Origin: Herbiconiux sp. SYSU D00978
GTDB taxonomy: Bacteria > Actinomycetota > Actinomycetes > Actinomycetales > Microbacteriaceae
Direction: 5' to 3'
Length of the DNA stretch: 24,000 bases
Assembly (NCBI RefSeq): GCF_017355965.1
Contig: NZ_JAFIQW010000003.1
Span: 1 to 24,000, forward strand
Each line of letters opens with the position of its first letter. Position 1 is the first letter of the stretch. The notes beneath the pieces are model-generated. The model saw only the letters and a program-made list of their open reading frames with translations. It did not search any database and was not told where the DNA came from. The position numbers were made by a program, and so were the translations under genes. Below, piece after piece: positions 6,084 to 14,369 of this stretch.

Positions 6084-6911
6084 CTAGAGCGGGTTGATGC
6101 CGAAGGCGCGGGCGAGCTTGTCGATCTTCTCGGCGCGGCCAAGGCGGGGCAGGTCGCTGCCGTCGCGGATGACGCGGCCGCGCGCCTCGAAGTCGGCGAG
6201 GAAGTCGCGGGCCCACGTGACATCCGAGGCGGTCGGGCTGATGACCTCGTTGATGACGGGCAGCTGCTCGGTGTCGAGGCAGAGCTTGCCGGTGAGACCG
6301 AGCGCGACGGCGACCTCGCTCGACTCGCGGAGCACCGGGTGCGAGCGCGAGGCGGTGGGGCCGTCGATCGGACCGGGCAGGCCGCCGATGCGGCTGGCGA
6401 CGACGAGGCGGGAGCGGGGGTAGGCCATGGCGAGGTCGTCGGCGCTCGTGCCGGTGTCCTTGCGGTAGTCGCCGGAGCCGAAGGCGAGGCGGAACGCGCC
6501 GCGGGCGCGGGCGATGGTCACGGCCTCCTCGATGCCGAGGGCCGACTCGATCAGGACGAGCACGGGCTTCTCGCCGCGCAGGCGGTCGAACGTCTCGGAG
6601 ACGTGCGCGGCGTCCTCGGTCTTGGCGAGCATGACCCCGAGGAGACCGGGGACCCCGGTCAGGGCGTCGACGTCGTCGGACCAGAAGTCGCTCGAGCGGT
6701 CGTTGATGCGCACCCAGGCACGGCCACCGCCGCTCAGCCAGTCGATGACCTTGCCGCGGGCGGCGTCCTTGTCGGAGGGATCGACCGCGTCCTCGATGTC
6801 GAGCACGATCTGGTCGGCTCGCGAGTTCGCCGCCCGGTCGAAGGCCTCGGCGTGGTTGCCGTTCACCAGGAGCCAGGAGCGGGCGATCTCGGGGTTGACC
6901 TCGTTGTGCAC
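6084..6911 (-). CDS. HpcH/HpaI aldolase / citrate lyase beta-subunit-like (CitE-like) protein (275 aa)
   Basis: The sequence has LVNGNHAEAFDRAANSRADQIVLDIEDAV (the CitE-type xDLEDAV motif), then VLIESALGIEEA and FGSGDY. The start is GTG at 6911. Confidence 0.85.
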   Translation of the reverse strand: MHNEVNPEIARSWLLVNGNHAEAFDRAANSRADQIVLDIEDAVDPSDKDAARGKVIDWLSGGGRAWVRINDRSSDFWSDDVDALTGVPGLLGVMLAKTEDAAHVSETFDRLRGEKPVLVLIESALGIEEAVTIARARGAFRLAFGSGDYRKDTGTSADDLAMAYPRSRLVVASRIGGLPGPIDGPTASRSHPVLRESSEVAVALGLTGKLCLDTEQLPVINEVISPTASDVTWARDFLADFEARGRVIRDGSDLPRLGRAEKIDKLARAFGINPL

Positions 6912-6916
6912 GCCTC

Positions 6917-6922
6917 GACATT
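6917..6922 (-). promoter_or_regulatory. -10 hexamer TAATGT, 6 nt before the GTG start of the CitE-like gene (leaderless geometry)
   Basis: The minus strand reads cccgcTAATGTcgaggcGTG. This is near-identical to the element at 9888-9893. A small hairpin at 6943-6959 separates it from the upstream gene. Confidence 0.4.
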
Positions 6923-6970
6923 AGCGGGCGCCGAATGGGCGTCCGCGTCGAGTACGCGGAGAAGTACGGG

Positions 6971-9883
6971 CTACCAGCCGCGGGTCAGCACCTCGTCGAG
7001 AGCGTCGACGACGAAGTCGGCGCTCTGCCTCGAGAGGCACAGCGGCGGCTTGATCTTCAGCACGTTCTGCCGCTCCGAGGTGGGCTGCACGATGACGCCG
7101 AGGTCGAGCATGCGGTCGCAGATCGCCTGGGTCTCGGCATCCGCCGGCTCGAGCGTCTGCCGGTCGCGCACGAGTTCCACACCGAGGTAGAGGCCGCGCC
7201 CGTGCACCGCGCCGATGAGCGGATGCTTCGCGGCGAGCGCCTCGAAGCGCTGCACGAGGTGCGCGCCGACCTCCGCCGCGTTCTGCTGCAGGCCCTCCCG
7301 CTCCATCACGTCGAGCACGGCGATGCCCGCGGCGCAGCTGGCCGGGGCGCCGCCGGCCGAGGAGAAGAAGTGCCCCTCGGTGGCGAGCGCTTCGGCGATC
7401 TCGCGCCGGGTGAGAACGGCGCCGAGCGGGTACGCGTTGCCCATGGCCTTGGCGGTCGTGACGATGTCGGGCACGACGCCCTGCCACTCGCTCGCCCAGA
7501 AGTGCGAACCGATGCGGCCGTAGCCGACCTGCACCTCGTCGGCGATGCAGAGTCCGCCGTTCGCGCGCACCGCCTCGTACGCCGCGGCGAGGTAGCCCTC
7601 CGGCGGCACGACGCCGCCGGCGTTGCCGAGGATCGGCTCGGCGACGAACCCGGCCACGCTCTCGCCCTCGAGGAACGCGGCGAAGTCGCGGGCGTACGCC
7701 TCGGCGGCATCCGGACCGCGGTGGGTGCCTCGGTAGGCGTTCGGCACGTCGGCGATGCGCACCCAATCCGGCCGGTTCGCGAGTGCGGAGGGGTTGTCGT
7801 AGGCGGAGGTCGTCACGGCATCCGTCGCCATCGACCAGCCGTGGTACCCCTCGCGCAGCGCAACGATCGTGCGACGCCCGGTCGCGAGCTGAGCGAGCCG
7901 GATCGCGAGGTCGACCGCCTCGGTGCCGCTGTTGACGAGCAGCACGGTGTCGAGCGACGGGTGCGGCGCGAGCGCGACGAGCCGCTCGCTGAGGTCGGCG
8001 AGCGCGCGGTAGAGGAACCGCGAGTTGGTGTTGAGCTTGGCCAGCTGCCGCGCGACCGCCTCGGTGAGCGCCGGGTGCCCGTGCCCGATGCCGGAGACGT
8101 TGTTGACCATGTCGACGTAGCTGCGCCCGGCCGTGTCGATGAGGAACTCCCGCCAGCCGCGCTCGATCTGCGGCGGGTGGGCGTAGTAGCGCTCCTGCGC
8201 GCTCGCGAACAGGCGCTCGCGGCGGTGCTGTTCCGCGTCCGGGTCGGCGCGCTGGGGCAGGGGGTCGAGCCCGAGCAGCGGTGCCGGGTCGGCGACGACG
8301 CGCGCCCAGGCGGGGAACCACGCGTCGGACGTGAAGTCGGGCGCCTCCAGTTCCGGCAGGCGCACGTGCCGCACGCGCAGCCGGGCGAGCGGATGCCCCG
8401 CGGCATCCGTCTTGCGCACGGCATCGGGGCACGACGAGGTGCGCCCGAGCAGCGTGCCGGCGGTGACCGGGCCGAGCGGCACGGCGAGCTCGAGCGGACC
8501 GACCTCGAGGTCGCCCGCCGCGCTGCGGAGGAGGAGGCCCGTGGCATCCGCCTCGACGATCTCGCCGTCGAACGGCGCGACGACCGGCGAGCCCGCCCGC
8601 AGCACAAGCTCAGTCACGAGGGCGGCGGTCTCGGGCGCAACGACCGAGCGGACGGGGGTGCGCGTCAGGCGGCGCTGCCCGAACGGGAGCACGACCGCGT
8701 CGTGACCGGCGAGCGCCTCGAGCGCGAGCAACCACTCGGCGTCGGGTTCGAGCCAGCGCCCCGCGGCGAGCGCGTCGGCGTCGACGGAGAGGTCGAGCAC
8801 GGCCGTCTCGCCGAGCTCGGGAAGCAGCCGGGTGGCGGGGGCGAGCGGGGCGGGGGCTTCGGCGCCGGCGGCGGCTTGGACGGCCGCCTCGGCCAGGTCC
8901 GGGTCGACGGAGCGAGCGAGTTCGAAGATGCGCCACTCCCCCGCCATCCGCTCGGCCGCGTAGTCGTTGCCGGGCTCGAGCGACACCTGGTGCTCGCCGC
9001 TGACCACGAGCACGGCGCCGCGCAGCACGACGAGGGGCCAGAGCGCGCTGAGCTCGGCGTCGTCGAGCGGGGACTCCGCGTGGAAGGCGCGGACTGCCGC
9101 GAAGACGTCGGCGAGGTCGTCGGCGTGGGGCAGCAGCGACGACAGGGTCACCGCGAGCTCGGCGACGCGCCAGCCGAGCCCGAGGTCGCCGAAGTCGATG
9201 ACCCCGTCGGGGATCGAGCGGCCCGAGGGATCGGGGGTGCAGACGACGTTGTCGTCGGTGATGTCGCCGTGGATCGGTTGCACTCTCAGGCGGTCGGCGA
9301 CGGTGGCGACGCGCGCCCAGGCATCCGTCACGGCCCGCTCGATGAGCACCCGGCGGCTCGCGTCGGGCACGAAGGGCAGCAGCTCGCGCACGACGCCGGG
9401 CGCGACCCGCAGGTCCCACTGCAGCGCACGCTCGAGCCCGGGTGCCGTGAAGCCGGCGAGCGCGGATGCCACCGAGCCCGACAGCCGGCCGAGCGCGTGC
9501 ATCGCGTCGCGCGAGACGTGAGCGGCACTCGCGAGCGGGCGCCCCTCGAGGAAGGTGAGGAGGCGCACGCGGTGCCCCTGCCACGACTGCCGCGTCGCGC
9601 CGTCGGGCCCGGGCACGGGAGCGGGCACGTGGAGGCCGAGATTGGCTAGGTGCGTGAGCGCGGTGTCCTGCGCGGCGAGCTCGTCGTCGGCGAAGGCGGC
9701 GTTGTCGATCTTGAGTAGGAAGCGCCCGCGGTCGGTCTCGAGCAGGTAGTTGCGGTCCTGCTGACTGCCGAGCTCGCGAGCGGATGCCTCGAGCCCGTAG
9801 ACCTCGCGGGCGATGCGCACCGCGTCGTCGCCGCCCACCTCCGGCCGCACGAGACCCACATCGGTGAAGTCGGAGGCCGTCAT
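6971..9883 (-). CDS. Tri-domain fusion (970 aa): N-terminal APH/ChoK-type kinase, central beta-barrel (M23/LytM-like?) linker, C-terminal class-III PLP-dependent aminotransferase-fold enzyme
   Basis: The kinase catalytic loop IHGDITDDN (residues 204-212) and the Mg site IDFGD (229-233) are present. The C-terminal half carries DEVQVGYGRIG and the PLP lysine in TTAKAMGN (K812, nt 7448-7450), plus NSGTEAVD and EPILGNAGG. The middle segment (about residues 400-520, ...GSPVVAPFDGEIVEAD...) shows no obvious HxxxD/HxH metal ligands. Confidence 0.9.
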   Translation of the reverse strand: MTASDFTDVGLVRPEVGGDDAVRIAREVYGLEASARELGSQQDRNYLLETDRGRFLLKIDNAAFADDELAAQDTALTHLANLGLHVPAPVPGPDGATRQSWQGHRVRLLTFLEGRPLASAAHVSRDAMHALGRLSGSVASALAGFTAPGLERALQWDLRVAPGVVRELLPFVPDASRRVLIERAVTDAWARVATVADRLRVQPIHGDITDDNVVCTPDPSGRSIPDGVIDFGDLGLGWRVAELAVTLSSLLPHADDLADVFAAVRAFHAESPLDDAELSALWPLVVLRGAVLVVSGEHQVSLEPGNDYAAERMAGEWRIFELARSVDPDLAEAAVQAAAGAEAPAPLAPATRLLPELGETAVLDLSVDADALAAGRWLEPDAEWLLALEALAGHDAVVLPFGQRRLTRTPVRSVVAPETAALVTELVLRAGSPVVAPFDGEIVEADATGLLLRSAAGDLEVGPLELAVPLGPVTAGTLLGRTSSCPDAVRKTDAAGHPLARLRVRHVRLPELEAPDFTSDAWFPAWARVVADPAPLLGLDPLPQRADPDAEQHRRERLFASAQERYYAHPPQIERGWREFLIDTAGRSYVDMVNNVSGIGHGHPALTEAVARQLAKLNTNSRFLYRALADLSERLVALAPHPSLDTVLLVNSGTEAVDLAIRLAQLATGRRTIVALREGYHGWSMATDAVTTSAYDNPSALANRPDWVRIADVPNAYRGTHRGPDAAEAYARDFAAFLEGESVAGFVAEPILGNAGGVVPPEGYLAAAYEAVRANGGLCIADEVQVGYGRIGSHFWASEWQGVVPDIVTTAKAMGNAYPLGAVLTRREIAEALATEGHFFSSAGGAPASCAAGIAVLDVMEREGLQQNAAEVGAHLVQRFEALAAKHPLIGAVHGRGLYLGVELVRDRQTLEPADAETQAICDRMLDLGVIVQPTSERQNVLKIKPPLCLSRQSADFVVDALDEVLTRGW

Positions 9884-9887
9884 GCTC

Positions 9888-9893
9888 GAACAT
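9888..9893 (-). promoter_or_regulatory. -10 hexamer TAATGT, 6 nt before the ATG of the 970-aa fusion gene (leaderless geometry)
   Basis: The minus strand reads gatcgcTAATGTtcgagcATG. It lies directly downstream of a strong terminator (9937-9962), so this gene needs its own promoter. Confidence 0.4.
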
Positions 9894-9936
9894 TAGCGAT
9901 CCTGCGGGGGCGGCGCGGTACCCCTCTATACGCGAA

Positions 9937-9962
9937 CGAGGGGCCGGTTTCCCGGCCCCTCG
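9937..9962 (-). terminator. Intrinsic terminator after the M14 peptidase gene
   Basis: A perfect 11-bp stem cgaggggccgg / ccggcccctcg closes a GAAA tetraloop (minus strand). It lies 14 nt after the stop and is followed by TTCGCG. Confidence 0.7.
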
Positions 9963-9976
9963 CTGCGATGGCTACC

Positions 9977-12571
9977 TCAGAGTCCCTTGCCGTTCGGCGG
10001 GGTCACCGGGGTGCCGGCGTCCGCGGTCCACAGCAGGGCCCGCGCGATGTCGCTGAACGCGCCGACCGGGTGGGTGCGGAACGAGGGCGTCGTGCCGAAC
10101 AGGAACAGCTTCGACGTGCCCTTCACGGCGGAGATCGCGGCGGGCTTGCCCGCGGCATCCATCTGAGAACGGCCCGTCTGGTCGGCCCAATGACCGCTGA
10201 CGAACGGGTCGGTCGCGTCGTAGCTCTGCTCGACGGTGAGGCCGGTGCCTGAATACCAGGTCGCCGGATAGACGAAGGCGGTGTCCTGGGCGTAGTCGCC
10301 GAGGACGCCGCTCGCCGGCGTCGTCACGTTGACGATGCCGTTCGAACCGCCCGGCGCCGTCGTCGCGACGACCGCGGCGATGCCCGACGAGGTCGCCATG
10401 GTGGCGCCGGCGCTTCCGCTGCCCACGAGGTCGCCACCGCGGGCGACGAATTCGGCGAGCCCCGAGTTACCGGCTGCGATTTGAGCCGGCGTATAAGTGC
10501 GCGGGTCGAAGCTCACGTTGCCGAGGATGACGTCCACCTGCGCGGGGACCCCGCTCGAGGCGATCCCCGTCGCGGTGAGCTCGACGGTGTCGCGGTAGCC
10601 GAGCTTCGCGAGCACGTCACGGTACTCAGAGCCGACGTACCCGACGGTGGGCAGCGACAGCGCGACGGTGGTCGCGTCGCGCAGACCGGCGCCGTTGTGC
10701 GACTCGAAGACGACACCGAAAGTGTCGGCTGCCCGCTGCACGGCGTCGTTCTTGCCGGGTCCTACGACGATGGTGCCGTCGGCGAGCTGCGAGAGCGCGA
10801 CACCCTCGGCGAGCAGCTCGATGACGGCCTGGTACTCGCTGACGCCGGTGGGACGGAGGGCCTGGTAGCGGCCGCCCTTCGCGGACCCGTTCTGCGCCAC
10901 CGTGGTGATGGGCTGCGCCTTCAGCTTCAGCGCCGGGTCGGTCGTGTCCCCGACCGGCACGACGTCAGCGCCCCAGAGCAGCGACAGGCTCCAGGCGGAG
11001 ATGTCGTACATCGCCGGCGTGCGCTTGGAGATGTCGGAGCCGTCGGCGAGGAGCACGTTGGCGAGCCCGCGCAGCGGCTGGTGCATGTCGACGACGAAGG
11101 AGCCCTTCGCGTAGGTCGTTCCGCCCACCTTCAGCGGCGCCGTGGTGCGCTGCACCTGGATGTCGTGCACCAGGAGCTGCTCGACGAGACGCTCGGCGTC
11201 GGAGTCGGAGCGCTGGCCCTCGCCCATGGGAATGACGTAGGCGCGCGGGATCTCGGTGGGGAAGACGTCCGTCTCGTCCCAGATCTCGGTCCACTCGGTC
11301 GGCGTGCCCGCGGGCAGGTCCTCAGCGCTGACATCCGCGGGGATCGGCGCGATCGGCTCGCCGGCGATGCCGCGGGAGAAGATCTCGATCTGGTTCGCGA
11401 GCAGGGTGTCGTGGTGCTCGGCGACGTAGTCGGCGACCGTCTCGACGACGATCTCCCCGACCGCGATGTTCACGGCTGCGTTGGCCTTGTTCTGCGTCGT
11501 GGACGTCACCCGACCGAGCGGCAGTTCGACGGTGTTCGTGATCGCGCCCTGGTACGCGACGTACTGCGGGGCGAAGATCGGGGGCCAGTCGTCCCATCCG
11601 CTGCGCTGATCACGGTAGGGGATGTTGATCTGGCCGGTATTCGTGGTCGTGTAGCGCGCGTTGCCGGTCTTCGTGCGGTCGTAGTAGGTGTTGCCGGGGA
11701 TGTTGGCAGCGACCACCGCCTCTTCGATCGCGAGCGCGGTCGAGTAGGCGTGCGGCACGAACAGGTCGTACTCGTAGTTCTCGCCGTGCGGCGGGCCGCA
11801 GGGCTCCACCTGGAGCACGCCGGTGTAGCCGTGCAGGTCGATGAAGTAGGTCGGCTGGATGACTCCGGCGAGATCGCGGACGATGGCCGCCTCGGCCGTC
11901 GCGCCCGTGATGAAGTCGCGGTTGGCGTCGTAGCCGGTCGCCGTCGCACGCTGCCCGAGGGCGCGGCCGTCGGGGTTGTTCGTCACCGTGAAGTAGAGCC
12001 GGTGACCCGACAGCAGTGCCTCCACCTCGGGGTCCGCGGAGGTCGCGAGCTCCTCGATGTAGTTGAGGGTGATGTCGGTACCCTCCCACTCGTTGCCGTG
12101 GATGTTGCCGTTGTACCAGATCGGCACCTTGTAGCCCTCGGCGAGCTCGTCGTCTGCGGCGGCAGCCGCGGGCGAGTACTTGATGGCGTCGCGCCACTTC
12201 GCCTGCTGCGCCACCTCGGCGGCGGTCTCCGGCTTCGTGACGGTCACCAGGTAGATGTCGCGGCCCTGGGCCGACTTGCCGACGACCTGCGCGGAGACGC
12301 GGTCGCTCGACTCGATCAGGTCGTTGACGAAGGGGGCGATCTCGTCGTAGGGCATGACGCCGCGGTTGATCGACGCGTCGGCCGGGTTATCGGCTACCTC
12401 CGGCAGCAGCTGCTCGCTCGGCAGCGCCGCGGGAAGGCGGATGTCGGCGGCCGGACGGACGATCGGCAGAGCCGGCGTCTCGACCGCCGCAGTGGCGGGT
12501 GGGGCTGCGGCGAGCACGAGCGCGGCACTGAGGGCGCCGCCGATCGTCGCCGCGATGGCGCGAGAAGGCAA
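9977..12571 (-). CDS. Secreted M14-family zinc carboxypeptidase, large multidomain form (about 864 aa)
   Basis: The HxxE zinc motif is present in NGNIHGNEWEG, and a later ligand context in YFIDLHGY. I prefer a TTG start at 12571, where GGAG lies 6 nt upstream. This gives a classic signal peptide: PSRAIAATIGGALSAALVLAAAPPATA/AVE. The track start at 12616 is also a TTG and adds 15 residues. Confidence 0.85.
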   Translation of the reverse strand: MPSRAIAATIGGALSAALVLAAAPPATAAVETPALPIVRPAADIRLPAALPSEQLLPEVADNPADASINRGVMPYDEIAPFVNDLIESSDRVSAQVVGKSAQGRDIYLVTVTKPETAAEVAQQAKWRDAIKYSPAAAAADDELAEGYKVPIWYNGNIHGNEWEGTDITLNYIEELATSADPEVEALLSGHRLYFTVTNNPDGRALGQRATATGYDANRDFITGATAEAAIVRDLAGVIQPTYFIDLHGYTGVLQVEPCGPPHGENYEYDLFVPHAYSTALAIEEAVVAANIPGNTYYDRTKTGNARYTTTNTGQINIPYRDQRSGWDDWPPIFAPQYVAYQGAITNTVELPLGRVTSTTQNKANAAVNIAVGEIVVETVADYVAEHHDTLLANQIEIFSRGIAGEPIAPIPADVSAEDLPAGTPTEWTEIWDETDVFPTEIPRAYVIPMGEGQRSDSDAERLVEQLLVHDIQVQRTTAPLKVGGTTYAKGSFVVDMHQPLRGLANVLLADGSDISKRTPAMYDISAWSLSLLWGADVVPVGDTTDPALKLKAQPITTVAQNGSAKGGRYQALRPTGVSEYQAVIELLAEGVALSQLADGTIVVGPGKNDAVQRAADTFGVVFESHNGAGLRDATTVALSLPTVGYVGSEYRDVLAKLGYRDTVELTATGIASSGVPAQVDVILGNVSFDPRTYTPAQIAAGNSGLAEFVARGGDLVGSGSAGATMATSSGIAAVVATTAPGGSNGIVNVTTPASGVLGDYAQDTAFVYPATWYSGTGLTVEQSYDATDPFVSGHWADQTGRSQMDAAGKPAAISAVKGTSKLFLFGTTPSFRTHPVGAFSDIARALLWTADAGTPVTPPNGKGL

Positions 12572-12690
12572 GGTTGCTCCGGAACTGTGGTGGACGGAAA
12601 CGGACGCCGTGCCCAATACGGGGGACGTCCGCTCCGGACACTACGGAGCAGGTGTTTCGCGCTCGTGTCGGCGGTGTTGCCGAGAGTCGC

Positions 12691-12801
12691 TCAGGTGAGG
12701 ATGCCGATGATCCCGCTGATGAGGAAGTACAGTCCCGCGGCCGCGCCCACGCCCCAGAGGATGAGTCGGCCCTTGGTCACGCCGTTGCCCTTGTCGTCCA
12801 T
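12691..12801 (-). CDS. Small membrane peptide (36 aa), not in the ORF track
   Basis: The peptide is MDDKGNGVTKGRLILWGVGAAAGLYFLISGIIGILT-stop. Of 35 sense codons after the ATG, 33 end in G/C, matching genuine genes here. It has one hydrophobic helix and starts 9 nt after the lysS stop. No clear Shine-Dalgarno is present. Confidence 0.45.
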   Translation of the reverse strand: MDDKGNGVTKGRLILWGVGAAAGLYFLISGIIGILT

Positions 12802-12810
12802 CACGTCAGC

Positions 12811-14352
12811 TCACTTCACCAGGGGGAACAGGATGGTCTCGCGGATGCCGAGACCGGTGATCGCCATGAGCAGGCGGTCGATGCCCATGCCCATGCCGCC
12901 GCAGGGAGGCATCCCGAACTCGAGCGCGCGGAGAAACTCCTCGTCGAGACGCATGGCCTCGACGTCGCCGCGGGCGGCGAGGCGTGCCTGCTCGACGAAG
13001 CGCTCGCGCTGGATGACCGGGTCGACGAGCTCGGAGTAGCCGGTGGCGAGCTCGAAGCCGCGCACGTACAGGTCCCACTTCTCGACGACGCCCTCGACCG
13101 AGCGGTGGTCGCGCACGAGCGGTGAGGTGTCGACCGGGAAGTCCATGACGAACGTCGGCCGATCGAGCGAGCCCTTCACGAAGTGCTCCCAGAGCTCCTC
13201 GACGAGCTTGCCCTTGGTGGGCACGTCCACCTCGACGTCCACGGCATTCGCGAGCTTCGACAGCTCCTCGAAGCTGGTCTGCGGGGTGATCTCCTGGCCG
13301 GATGCCTCGCTGAGCGAGCCGTACATCGAGATGCGCGCCCACTCGCCGCCGAGGTCGTACTTCGTGCCATCGGCCCAGGTGACCTCGTGCGAGCCGGCGA
13401 CCGCGACGGCGGCGTTCTGGATCAGCTCCTGCGTCAGGTCGGCGATCGAGTTGTAGTCGCCGTACGCCTGGTAGGCCTCGAGCATGGCGAACTCGGGCGA
13501 GTGCGTGGAGTCCGCGCCCTCGTTGCGGAAGTTGCGGTTGATCTCGAACACCCGCTCGATGCCGCCGACCACGGCGCGCTTGAGGAACAGCTCGGGCGCG
13601 ATGCGCAGGTAGAGCTCGGTGTCGAACGCGTTCGAGTGCGTCTTGAACGGGCGGGCCGAGGCGCCGCCGTGGATCGTCTGCAGCATCGGGGTCTCGACCT
13701 CGAGGAACCCGTGCGACGCGAACGTGGAGCGGAGCGACGCGACGGCGGTGGCCCGAGCGCGGACGGTGGTGCGGGCCTGCTCGCGCGCGATCAGGTCGAG
13801 GTAGCGGGCGCGCACCCGCGTCTCCTCGCTGAGCTCGGAGTGCAGGTTGGGTAGCGGCTGGATCGCCTTCGCCGCGATCGCCCAGTCGGTGGCCATCACC
13901 GAGAGCTCGCCGCGGCGGCTCGTGATTACCTCGCCCTGCACGAACAGGTGGTCGCCGAGGTCGACGAGCTCCTTGAACCGCTGCAGCGACTCCTCGCCCA
14001 CCGAGGCGAGCGAGAGCATCGCCTGGATGCGGGACCCGTCGCCGGCCTGGAGCGCGGCGAAGCAGAGCTTGCCCGTGTTGCGGAGGTGCACGACCCGGCC
14101 GGCGAGCCCGACGGTCTCGCCCGTCGAGACATCCGGCTCGAGTCCGTCGAAGCGCTCACGCACGGCGGGGATGGTGTCGGTGACGGGCAGCGACACAGGG
14201 TAGGCCTGGGCGCCCTCCTCGAGCAGACGCTGACGCTTCGCGAGGCGCACGGCCTTCTGCTCGGACGCCTCGGCGGCGGCGAGGCGCTCGGCCTCGGCCT
14301 CGCGGGAGGTGGCGTCGGTGGTGGCGATCGGCGTTTCGTCCGAAGAAGTCAT
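12811..14352 (-). CDS. lysS: Lysine--tRNA ligase, class II (513 aa)
   Basis: This is a full-length class II LysRS with an OB-fold anticodon-binding region ([18 protein letters not shown]) and motifs [15 protein letters not shown] and [18 protein letters not shown] Shine-Dalgarno lies 6 nt before the ATG. Confidence 0.97.
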   Translation of the reverse strand: MTSSDETPIATTDATSREAEAERLAAAEASEQKAVRLAKRQRLLEEGAQAYPVSLPVTDTIPAVRERFDGLEPDVSTGETVGLAGRVVHLRNTGKLCFAALQAGDGSRIQAMLSLASVGEESLQRFKELVDLGDHLFVQGEVITSRRGELSVMATDWAIAAKAIQPLPNLHSELSEETRVRARYLDLIAREQARTTVRARATAVASLRSTFASHGFLEVETPMLQTIHGGASARPFKTHSNAFDTELYLRIAPELFLKRAVVGGIERVFEINRNFRNEGADSTHSPEFAMLEAYQAYGDYNSIADLTQELIQNAAVAVAGSHEVTWADGTKYDLGGEWARISMYGSLSEASGQEITPQTSFEELSKLANAVDVEVDVPTKGKLVEELWEHFVKGSLDRPTFVMDFPVDTSPLVRDHRSVEGVVEKWDLYVRGFELATGYSELVDPVIQRERFVEQARLAARGDVEAMRLDEEFLRALEFGMPPCGGMGMGIDRLLMAITGLGIRETILFPLVK

Positions 14353-14369
14353 GGTGGCCCTCGAAGGCG

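Noticed and set aside
6935-9649. Very long ORFs antisense to, or out of frame with, the called genes. Examples: 6935..9649 + (904 aa), 1175..2977 +, 10481..13039 +, 19546..21999 +, 22119..23765 +, 6921..8432 -, 8610..9893 -, 6049..6921 -, 3856..4836 -.
   Set aside because: This is the typical high-GC artefact, because stop codons are rare in off-frames. The peptides are Arg/Ala/Gly/Pro-rich low-complexity strings with no recognisable motifs. Each lies entirely over a gene with clear family signatures on the other strand or frame.
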